64,000 nucleotides of DNA. It comes from an uncultured Actinomycetes bacterium (GTDB taxonomy: Bacteria > Actinomycetota > Thermoleophilia > RBG-16-64-13). Below, one piece after another: positions 37,389 to 45,345 of this stretch. The DNA is taken from positions 224,001 to 288,000 of the forward strand of contig CAWJDT010000001.1 in assembly GCA_963841735.1 (NCBI GenBank). Direction: 5' to 3'. The notes below the pieces were generated by a model. It had not been told where the DNA came from, did not search any database, and saw only the letters and a program-made list of their open reading frames with translations. Position 1 is the first letter of the stretch. Every line of letters begins with the position of its first letter. The position numbers and the translations under genes are program-made.

Positions 37389-38474
37389 CTACTTTACTAC
37401 CAGCTGAGCGGGATCGGTCAGTTCGATCTCGCCCTTGCCCTGGAACGTGTTCTCGTAGATGGCGCCAGTGACGGTGACCGTCTTGCCGACCAGAGTGTTC
37501 AGATCGCCGAAGGCGGCGATGTTCGCGTACGCGACCATGCCGTTGAAGCCAGCGCCGTCATCAGCGCTGTCAAGCTGGATCAGCCACTTCTCAGCCCCTG
37601 CCAAGTCCACAACACCGGCGACCGTTCCGGTCACGGAACCTTCCTCGCCATAGTGTGCTTTCGCCTCATCGGCGGTGTAAGCGGCGGCTTCCACAATCTT
37701 CAGCTGAGCGGCCTCGGTAAGCAGAATCTCAGCCTTGAGCTCGAACGCGTTCACGTACACCTCGCCGGTGACCTCAACGGTCTTGCCGATCAAGGCCTGC
37801 AGGCCGGCAGCGCCACCGAAAGCGTCGGCGCTGGCATATTCGACTGTGGCGTTGAAGCCGTCGTCGCCCTCAGAGCCGATCTGCAAGATGTACTTGTCGA
37901 TGCCTGCGCCCTTGTCAACCACAGCCATGACCGGTCCGGTCACAGTGGCGGTCGTACCTTCAAGGTCCAGAGCCGCATCCCAATTGGTGGCCGCAGCGGC
38001 AGCCGCGGAGGGACCAACCAGCTTGAACTGAGCCGCGTCGGTGAGCAGGATCTCAGCCTTGAGCTCGAACGCGTTCACGTACACCTCGCCGGTGACCTCA
38101 ACGTCCATCCCCACCAAAGCGCTCAGGGCAGCCATGCCGCCGAAAGCGTCGGCGCTGGCATACTCGACTGTGGCGTTAAAGCCGTCGTCGCCCTCAGAGC
38201 CGATCTGCAAGATGTACTTGTCGATGCCTGCGCCCTTGTCAACCACCGCGAGCACAGGGCCGGTGACCGTTACGGTCTCGCCCTCATGGTCGATGGCCTG
38301 ATCCCAAGGAACTGTGACAGCGGCAGCGACGGTAGTCGTCGGTGCTTCTGTCGTCGGTGCTGCTGTCGTTGTCGGTGCCACTGTCGTTGTCGTTTCCTCA
38401 GTCCCACCACATCCGGCGAGAACAAGGCTTCCCAAGAGAACTACCGCTACGAACAGTACGAACAACTTCTTCAT
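37389..38474 (-). CDS. lipoprotein with Thr-rich linker and three tandem OB-fold-like repeats
   Basis: MKKLF...LVLAGC lipobox. Three repeats of W..A....G..VTVTGPV..VVD...KYILQI...FNATV...LVG..VEVTG.VY.N.F..K.EI.LT..AQ. Confidence 0.8.
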   Translation of the reverse strand: MKKLFVLFVAVVLLGSLVLAGCGGTEETTTTVAPTTTAAPTTEAPTTTVAAAVTVPWDQAIDHEGETVTVTGPVLAVVDKGAGIDKYILQIGSEGDDGFNATVEYASADAFGGMAALSALVGMDVEVTGEVYVNAFELKAEILLTDAAQFKLVGPSAAAAAATNWDAALDLEGTTATVTGPVMAVVDKGAGIDKYILQIGSEGDDGFNATVEYASADAFGGAAGLQALIGKTVEVTGEVYVNAFELKAEILLTEAAQLKIVEAAAYTADEAKAHYGEEGSVTGTVAGVVDLAGAEKWLIQLDSADDGAGFNGMVAYANIAAFGDLNTLVGKTVTVTGAIYENTFQGKGEIELTDPAQLVVK

Positions 38475-38767
38475 TACGTACCCCTCTCCTTTGTCCCGCA
38501 TACGAGTTCGTATACGAAGTTGGACCAGCCTAAACAGACTAGACGTTCCGTCGTCGTCTGTCAATCGGAAGAAGACGGGTTTCGTTCATCCACCTTCGTA
38601 GATGCACTTCGGAGCATATCGCGGCCGGGCCGGCAAGAGAGGTACTGTGCGCTTGAACGAGCCAGAAACCTGCGACCTGAAAACGGCAGACCTGCACATG
38701 AGCCGAGCGCGCTAGGATGTATCCGAGGCAACAGTGGCAAGCGTGACGAGTCTGGAGCCTGAGCACT

Positions 38768-39454
38768 ATGGACCATCTGGAGGAATACAAATCATCACCC
38801 CCCATCCGGGTGCTGATCGCGGATGACCACGACCTGATACGCCAGGCTCTGAGAACGGTGATCGACAACGAGCCCGATATGGAGGTGGTGGGCGAGGCCG
38901 CAGACGGCGAACAAGCGGTCGCCCTGGCTGCCAGACTCAACCCCGACGCAGTGATCATGGACATAGAGATGCCCAACATGTCGGGAGTCGAGGCCACCAA
39001 ACAGATCAAGGCGGTGTTGCCCAGCGTCATCATCATCGTTCTAACAGTCCACGACAGCAACGAGTACATCCTTCGGATCCTTGAGGCAGGAGCCGCGGGA
39101 TATCTGACCAAGACTGTCATCAGCAAGGATATCCCCGCCGCGATACGCTCCGCCCTTAAAGGGGAGTCCATATTGTCCGAGGAGATCCTCAAGAAGCTGC
39201 TTGCGTATGCCCTGCGCTACCCGACAAAACGCCACGCCACGATTCTCGAAAGCCCTCTTACCGAGCGCGAGCTCGACATCCTCAGACTCGTAGCCCAAGG
39301 CGCCAGCAACAAGAGTATCGCCGCCCAGCTGACGCTCACCGAGAACACTATCAAGAAGTACATGATGAACATCTTCGCCAAAGTCGGAGCCACCTCCAGA
39401 ACCGCGGCGGTGATCAATGCCCAGCAGAACGGGCTGCTCCCGCCGAATGACTAG
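38768..39454 (+). CDS. NarL/LuxR-family response regulator
   Basis: IADDH, MDIEMP, GYLTK, LTERELDILRLVAQGASNKSIA HTH. Confidence 0.95.
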   Translation: MDHLEEYKSSPPIRVLIADDHDLIRQALRTVIDNEPDMEVVGEAADGEQAVALAARLNPDAVIMDIEMPNMSGVEATKQIKAVLPSVIIIVLTVHDSNEYILRILEAGAAGYLTKTVISKDIPAAIRSALKGESILSEEILKKLLAYALRYPTKRHATILESPLTERELDILRLVAQGASNKSIAAQLTLTENTIKKYMMNIFAKVGATSRTAAVINAQQNGLLPPND

Positions 39455-40589
39455 GCCCGCAAGACCGGGCCGCTCGGTGGCGGATCCACTTTCCCGCGTG
39501 CGAAGGTACCGCTACCTGCACTATGGGGTACTTCTTGTCAGCACCGCGGCCATACTCTTTCTCTACTACGCATACGAGAGCCATATGCCCACGCCGTCGG
39601 GGCACTATTTATCTTGGTTTTGGAGTGTGTTCTATTTCGAGTTTCGCAATGATGTCATCGGCCTTTTGATGCTGTTTCCTATACTATACTCGGCCATAAC
39701 TTTGGGCTGGAAGCGCGCAACAATCGTTGTGATAATACTTATTGCTTCTATCTTTCCCTATATTGTTACGTTCTCTTATAAGCCGTACAGCTGGATAGCT
39801 AGCTTTGGCTGTCTTCTCATACCACCGACAGTCATCATCAGTATCGAGATGAAACTGATGTCGGACGCAAGGGAGCGCAGAGCGGAAGAGGAGAAACACC
39901 GGGAAAAAGCCGAGTTCATGAGACAGCTCATTTCTGTGCAAGAGGATCTGCGGAAGCGCATAGCACAAGAGTTGCATGACGGCGTCGCCCAGAGTCTGCT
40001 GGTCACCGCGAGCGTCGCCCACAACATGCTGGACGACGGCCGGGTAGCAGACGAGGCCGTGAGAACAGAACTGGAGGCTATAAAGAGGCACAGCCTCGAG
40101 ATGGTGTCCGAGGTGCGGTCCATCTGTCAGGATCTCAGGCCCAGCGTGTTGGACCATCTGGGCCTCGTCTCCTCGATCAAGTGGCTCATCGACAACCTGT
40201 GCGAAGAGACAGGGATCAGGGTCGAGTATGAATCCGAAGGCACCGATTTCGAGTCAACACCAGACGAGAGCCTGGCGTTGTTCAGAATCGTTCAGGAGGC
40301 GCTGAACAACGTCAAGAAACATTCTCAGGCCGACACGGTCCATGTCTCCATAGCGGCCGGCGCAGACGGTATCTCCATCCAGATAAGGGACAACGGTAGG
40401 GGATTCCAGCTGCCGCAGACATACGGCCGGCTCGCGCAAAGCGGCAAGCTGGGCCTCCTGGGGATGGCCGAAAGAGCGCAGTACATCGGAGCCTTGCTGG
40501 AGATCAAGCCCGCGGAGGGCATGGGCACCACTGTAAGCATCTCTGCCCCCCGGAAGGCGCCTCAAGGTTCGACGGAGACCGGCGGATAG
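39447..40589 (+). CDS. membrane sensor histidine kinase (HisKA_3 type)
   Basis: N-terminal TM segments, RKRIAQELHDGVAQ, LRPSVLDHLGL, FRIVQEALNNV.KH, DNGRGF, GLLGMAER. Confidence 0.93.
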   Translation: MTRPARPGRSVADPLSRVRRYRYLHYGVLLVSTAAILFLYYAYESHMPTPSGHYLSWFWSVFYFEFRNDVIGLLMLFPILYSAITLGWKRATIVVIILIASIFPYIVTFSYKPYSWIASFGCLLIPPTVIISIEMKLMSDARERRAEEEKHREKAEFMRQLISVQEDLRKRIAQELHDGVAQSLLVTASVAHNMLDDGRVADEAVRTELEAIKRHSLEMVSEVRSICQDLRPSVLDHLGLVSSIKWLIDNLCEETGIRVEYESEGTDFESTPDESLALFRIVQEALNNVKKHSQADTVHVSIAAGADGISIQIRDNGRGFQLPQTYGRLAQSGKLGLLGMAERAQYIGALLEIKPAEGMGTTVSISAPRKAPQGSTETGG

Positions 40590-40598
40590 ACCTTTCGC

Positions 40599-41642
40599 CT
40601 ACTGCTCGGCCAACCGCCTGAAGTAGTCGTAGATGTCCTGGGAGGGTCCTTTGCCGGCATTCGCGGCTATCCATTTCTGGGCTGAGGGCTCGAAACAATC
40701 CATCCATAGCTCCAACTCGCCGGCGTTAGGCTCGACCACCGTCTGGCCCGCGCATTTCTGCCAGCCTCCGGCCTCCACCTCGAGGCTGGCGCTGCGAAGC
40801 CTCTCCTCGAACCACGGGCTGAGGGCGTCTATGGCCGCCCTCACTTCGTCGGGAAGCCCGTTCCAGACATCCCAGTTCATGGCCACTACAATACCGCCCT
40901 GGCCGAGCCCCAGATCCAGATGGCTGTCGAACGTCTCCTCCATACCCCTGTCGGTGACGACGTACACCGGCGCCATGCAACCCACGATCACGCCCTTTTG
41001 CGCAGACATAGCCCAATCCCCCGACGATATGTCCACCGGAGTAGCACCGGCAGCTTCGAGCACCAGGACGCTGTCACCCATGGAGGCTATCTTCATGCCC
41101 TTAATGTCGTCCGGGACGTGGATCTCCTTGTCGCTCACGTGTATGGACGTGTTCGTCGCGAGCGATCTGGCGAGGATCTTCACGCCGCCCATCTCCGCGG
41201 ACATCTCAGGGAATCTCTCCAGAAGCCTGTCCCAGATCTGCCTACCTCTGCCGTTGGGTACCGCGACGGACCCCAAGGTGACTACGCTGTTCAGACTCCA
41301 CTGCTTCGCCACATACGCGAGGTTGATCATGGCAATATCGCAGACGCCGCCCTCGGTGGCTTCAAGAGCTTCCCCGCCCTTGGCCAAGCTCTCGGCTGGA
41401 TAGATGGTGAACCTCACCCGGCCGCCGGTGGCTTCTTCGACCTTCCTGGTCCACTCTTCCATGGCCAGCGCAGGCGGAGCCGTCGAAGGGATGTGGTGGC
41501 TGACTTTGAGCTCGTAGACCCCGGCGGAAGCAGCGCTGCCGGTCTGCTCTTGGCCGGCACAGCCCACAACCAGCACACCTGCGGCCAACATCGCGGTCAG
41601 ACAGGCAAGCGGCAAGCTGGGCAATAACCGCGGCTTTTTCAC
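40599..41642 (-). CDS. TRAP transporter substrate-binding lipoprotein (DctP-like)
   Basis: Lipobox VVGC, LKVSHH, VEEATGGRVRFTIYPAESL, PDDIKGMKI, MNWDVWNGLPDEVR. No DctQM in the window. Confidence 0.85.
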   Translation of the reverse strand: MKKPRLLPSLPLACLTAMLAAGVLVVGCAGQEQTGSAASAGVYELKVSHHIPSTAPPALAMEEWTRKVEEATGGRVRFTIYPAESLAKGGEALEATEGGVCDIAMINLAYVAKQWSLNSVVTLGSVAVPNGRGRQIWDRLLERFPEMSAEMGGVKILARSLATNTSIHVSDKEIHVPDDIKGMKIASMGDSVLVLEAAGATPVDISSGDWAMSAQKGVIVGCMAPVYVVTDRGMEETFDSHLDLGLGQGGIVVAMNWDVWNGLPDEVRAAIDALSPWFEERLRSASLEVEAGGWQKCAGQTVVEPNAGELELWMDCFEPSAQKWIAANAGKGPSQDIYDYFRRLAEQ

Positions 41643-41674
41643 GTCTCTCCCCCGAGTCAGGGCGCCAAGTTCAA

Positions 41675-41747
41675 AGCCGACGTGGGGAATCGAACCCCAG
41701 ACCTGCTCATTACGAGTGAGCTGCTCTACCATCTGAGCTACGTCGGC
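41675..41747 (-). tRNA. tRNA-Thr(CGT)
   Basis: GCCGACG acceptor stem, D-arm GCTCAGATGGTAGAGC, anticodon arm GCTCA-CTCGTAA-TGAGC, T-arm TGGGGTTCGATTCCCCA. CCA not encoded. Confidence 0.97.
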
Positions 41748-41883
41748 GGGCGCCATAGTTTAGAAGTAAAGCAGAACGCTGACAAGCGCCCCTACAACGC
41801 GCTGCCAAAGAAACGCATCCGCGAAGCGATTTGGCGGCCGGGACTTCGCTTTTCAGCAGCCTTGTAGCCCCGACCTCGGGCTA

Positions 41884-43365
41884 CTAGCCCTCCGAACCTC
41901 CGCCGCCGGCCGGGCTACCCCCACTACCGGAGCCGCTACCCGGACCGGCCCCAACACCAGAGCCTCCCGTCGCCCCACCGCCCTCGCCGCCTGGGCGCCT
42001 GGGCCTGCGTCGCCGCCGATTCCGGCTGCCACCGCCCCCATTGCCGCCGCCGCTCTGCTCGCCACCGCCGCCCTCTGGCCTGGCGCCGCCGCCGGCTCCA
42101 CCACCCGTCTGCGAGTTACCCTCGCCTGAGCCTTGCCGCTGGTCGGAGCGTTGCCCGACAGGCCTGTCGGGCCCACGGCGCCGGTTGCCGCCGCCACCGC
42201 GGCCCTCGCCCTGGCCGCCGCCCGGGCCGCCGGAGCCTGTCCCACCTGGAGCGCCCGCATCCGCACCTGTACCAGCCTGGTCGGCACCGCCGGTTCCGCC
42301 GGCCGCGCCCTCAGCCCCCTGGCCTGGCGCCCGGCCCGGACCCCGCCGCCTCCCCCGTCCGCGCCTGCCCCGTCCGCGCCGAGGGCCCTCGGCACCCGCC
42401 GCGTCGGCCGGTTCCCCGTTTCCACCCACAAACGCATCCCCGTCCTCTACCGACTGGGCCTCGATGTTGCGCTCCATTGCCGCCAACCTCTCCATACCCG
42501 CCGGGCTCTCCAGCCACGACGCCGGTGAAGGCGGTTCCTCCTCGGGAGTGACCAGCAGCCCGCCGCCCTCTTGCCGTGAGCAAGTACGAAGCTTGACGTC
42601 GGCGAACGTCCCGTCGTCCATGCGCACGGTGAGGGATTCCTTGGTCATGCTGTAGCCCGCGACGGCGCCGTCTCCGCCGGGTCCGGAGACCGGAGTCCCC
42701 TTGGGCGGCGCCTCTTTGCGGAAGCGCACGTACTGCTCCTGCTCGTACTTGAGACAGCACATCAGACGGCCGCACAGGCCGGAGATCTTCACCGGGTTAA
42801 GCGGCAGGTTCTGCTCCTTGGCCATCCGGATGGATACCGGCTCGTCATCGCCAGGGAAGAGGGTGCAGCACAGGCCCCGGCCGCACGGGCCCAGTCCGCC
42901 CACCATGCGTGCCTCCTCGCGGGCCCCCACCTGGCGGAGCTCGATGCGAACCTTAAGCACCTTAGAAAGATCGGCGACCAGCGTCCGGAAATCGACTCTC
43001 TCCTCGGAGGTGAAACTGAAGGTGATCTTCTCGCCGCCGAAACCCAGGTCGGCATCTACCAGCTTCATGTCGAGGCCATGACTGGAAATCAGCTCCCGGC
43101 AGGTGGCCATAGCTTCTTTGCGCAGGGCCACATTGGCCGCCAACGACTCCAGATCCTTATCCGTGGCCACTCGGGCCACTTTTTTGAGCTGAGCCGGGAT
43201 ATCCGCGTCATCGACGGCGTGCGAAGGCTCGACTACCTGGCCTATCTCGGGGCCGCTCGAAGTCTGCACGACCACGCGATCTCCCCGGGATAGCTCGAGA
43301 CCGGCCGGGTCAAAATGATAGACCTTGCCCCCACCCCGGAAAATGACTCCCACGACCTCGGCCAC
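41884..43365 (-). CDS. ricT: PSP1-domain protein (RicT/YaaT-like) with a long Gly/Arg-rich tail
   Basis: ERVDFR.LV, RIELRQVGAREEAR..GG.GPCGR.LCC, KISGLCGRLMCCLKYE. Directly follows holB. Confidence 0.88.
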   Translation of the reverse strand: MAEVVGVIFRGGGKVYHFDPAGLELSRGDRVVVQTSSGPEIGQVVEPSHAVDDADIPAQLKKVARVATDKDLESLAANVALRKEAMATCRELISSHGLDMKLVDADLGFGGEKITFSFTSEERVDFRTLVADLSKVLKVRIELRQVGAREEARMVGGLGPCGRGLCCTLFPGDDEPVSIRMAKEQNLPLNPVKISGLCGRLMCCLKYEQEQYVRFRKEAPPKGTPVSGPGGDGAVAGYSMTKESLTVRMDDGTFADVKLRTCSRQEGGGLLVTPEEEPPSPASWLESPAGMERLAAMERNIEAQSVEDGDAFVGGNGEPADAAGAEGPRRGRGRRGRGRRRGPGRAPGQGAEGAAGGTGGADQAGTGADAGAPGGTGSGGPGGGQGEGRGGGGNRRRGPDRPVGQRSDQRQGSGEGNSQTGGGAGGGARPEGGGGEQSGGGNGGGGSRNRRRRRPRRPGGEGGGATGGSGVGAGPGSGSGSGGSPAGGGGSEG

Positions 43366-44486
43366 TACGTCAGGGCCTCCTTGATAGCACGGAACATGTC
43401 CCCGATCGCACACCGGGCATCCACATTATAGCGGAGCCGTTCCTGCACCCTCCGCACAGCCTCCACAGCGCCGGTGTAGGCCAGAGCTTTTCCGGATACG
43501 GCGTCCGCACGCAACTGCTCCATACGGTCCTGGTTGAGCACCGCCTCCTCCGCCCCCACCGAGACCAGAGCCAGGTCCCGGTACCAGCCGGCGAAGACGC
43601 CGACGGCCGTGTGGAGGCCGTACGTGAGCGCTCGCCTCTGCTGCCGCTTCGCCCTCTCTTCGTGCCGTTTCTTCAGCCACGCCTTGGTCCGGGCATCGCC
43701 GGCCCACTGCAGGGCCCGCTCCAGCTCCGCCTCCAGGTCGGTGGCCCGTTCTCCGGCCCGGGCTTCCACCGTGGCCATGAGTTCGTCGACAGCCTCCTGT
43801 GTCTCCATGAGCCCGGCGCGGGCGATGCCCCGAGCAAGATCTAGCGACTGGTCCCGCTGCCGCCGAGCGCTTTCTGATATGGCCAACTCACGGGCGTGAT
43901 CGAGGTCCCCTCCCGCGATCCGGGCGATGAGCACCGCCTCAGCCTCCGACTTGCCCGACCTGCGCGCCAAGTCGGCCGCCAACGCGGGAACCGGCACCGG
44001 CGCGAACACCACCGGCTGGCAGCGAGAGACGATGGTGGGCAGCAACCGCTCCGGGCGGTCGGTCACAAGGATGAAGTGCACGTGTGCCGGGGGCTCCTCC
44101 AGCGTCTTCAGGAAAGCGTTGGCGGCGGGGATGTTGAAGCTGTGCGCCTCCAGGATGATGTAGACCTTGACCCGGGCCTCATAGGGCCGATACACAGCAT
44201 GAAGGCTGATGCCGGCGACCTGATCCATGAGGATGAAGTTGCCCTCGGGGAAGACCGTCTCCACATCAGGATGCAGCCCGCCCAGCACGCGCCGGCAGGT
44301 GTTGCACTCGCCGCAGCCTCCGTCAGGGCAGGCCAGCCCCGCCGCGAAGGCCACCGCTGCCTCTGTCTTGCCGCCCCCTGGAGGTCCCTGAAAGAGGTAG
44401 GCATGTGAAGCGCCCTGCTCAAGCGAGCGTGCCAGGATGGACACCGCCATCGGCTGGCCCACGATATCGGCAAACAGATCGGTCAC
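43365..44486 (-). CDS. holB: DNA polymerase III subunit delta'
   Basis: HAYLFQGPPGGGK, C..C..C zinc module, HPDV, ANAFLKTLEEPP, LLPTIVSRC. Confidence 0.93.
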   Translation of the reverse strand: MTDLFADIVGQPMAVSILARSLEQGASHAYLFQGPPGGGKTEAAVAFAAGLACPDGGCGECNTCRRVLGGLHPDVETVFPEGNFILMDQVAGISLHAVYRPYEARVKVYIILEAHSFNIPAANAFLKTLEEPPAHVHFILVTDRPERLLPTIVSRCQPVVFAPVPVPALAADLARRSGKSEAEAVLIARIAGGDLDHARELAISESARRQRDQSLDLARGIARAGLMETQEAVDELMATVEARAGERATDLEAELERALQWAGDARTKAWLKKRHEERAKRQQRRALTYGLHTAVGVFAGWYRDLALVSVGAEEAVLNQDRMEQLRADAVSGKALAYTGAVEAVRRVQERLRYNVDARCAIGDMFRAIKEALT

Positions 44487-44624
44487 TCTACCTCCCAAAC
44501 CGGCCGGGGCCGGCCCGCCGGTGCGCGCCGGCCCCCGCGAGGGCGACCCCGAGCCGGGGGCCGCGTCTTCGCGGTCCGCCCCGCCGCCGCGCTCCGCGCC
44601 CGCGGTCCGGCTCGCCTGTGCGAC

Positions 44625-45329
44625 CTAGTGACTGAACAGCTCCAGCTCCTGCTCCACCATCGCCCACACCCGCTCCTGCACCTCGACCGCGCTCCCTCGA
44701 GCGTCGATCCTGCGGATGCGGTGAGGATGCTGCGCCAACAACTCCCGGAAACCCTCGCCAACTCGCCTATGGAAGTCCTGATTCTCGGCCTCCAGACGAT
44801 CCGGCACCGCCCCCAACCGCGTGGAGCGGACGGCGTCGTCGAGATCCAGATACAGGGTGAGGTCGGGGAACAGGCACTCGGTGGCCCACACGTTGAGCGT
44901 GATGATGTCGTCGGTACCCAGCCCGCGGCCGTAGCCCTGGTAGGCGAGCGATGAGTCGAGATAGCGGTCGCAAAGCACCACTTGGCCGTCCTCCAAGGCC
45001 GGCCGAATCACCTGCTCGACCAAGTGTGCGCGGGCCGCGGCATAGAGCAGCGCCTCCGACCGAGCCGACATCCCGTGATGACGCGGGTCGAGCAGCACGT
45101 CTCTTATGGCCTCACCCAGAGTGGTGCCGCCGGGCTCGCGAGTCACCAAGACCACATAGCCCCTCTCCCGCAGAGCCATGGCCAGCAGCTCCATCTGCGT
45201 AGACTTGCCGCAGCCATCGAGCCCCTCGAAGGTTATGAAAACACCCTTGAGACCGGTGCCCAAACCTGCAAGCGCCGATTCGTCGAGGCTCGCGTCCTCC
45301 GGTGGCTCCAAGTCGCGTATATCGCTCAA
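44625..45329 (-). CDS. tmk: thymidylate kinase
   Basis: FITFEGLDGCGKSTQ, TREPGGT, LLYAAARA, CDRYLDSSLAYQG. Exact start uncertain. Confidence 0.95.
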   Translation of the reverse strand: MSDIRDLEPPEDASLDESALAGLGTGLKGVFITFEGLDGCGKSTQMELLAMALRERGYVVLVTREPGGTTLGEAIRDVLLDPRHHGMSARSEALLYAAARAHLVEQVIRPALEDGQVVLCDRYLDSSLAYQGYGRGLGTDDIITLNVWATECLFPDLTLYLDLDDAVRSTRLGAVPDRLEAENQDFHRRVGEGFRELLAQHPHRIRRIDARGSAVEVQERVWAMVEQELELFSH

Positions 45330-45345
45330 GCCACCTCTTCCGATC

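Noticed and set aside
40599-41756. ORF-track start of dctP at 41756
   Set aside because: It would run through the tRNA. GTG 41642 has an RBS and gives a proper lipoprotein signal.
41640-41760. Prophage or ICE integrated at tRNA-Thr
   Set aside because: No integrase, phage or conjugation genes, and no duplicated tRNA 3' end found within the window.
44500-44624. Very GC-rich tmk-holB spacer as a structured ncRNA
   Set aside because: Stems are expected by chance at this GC level. No second copy or recognisable family motif.
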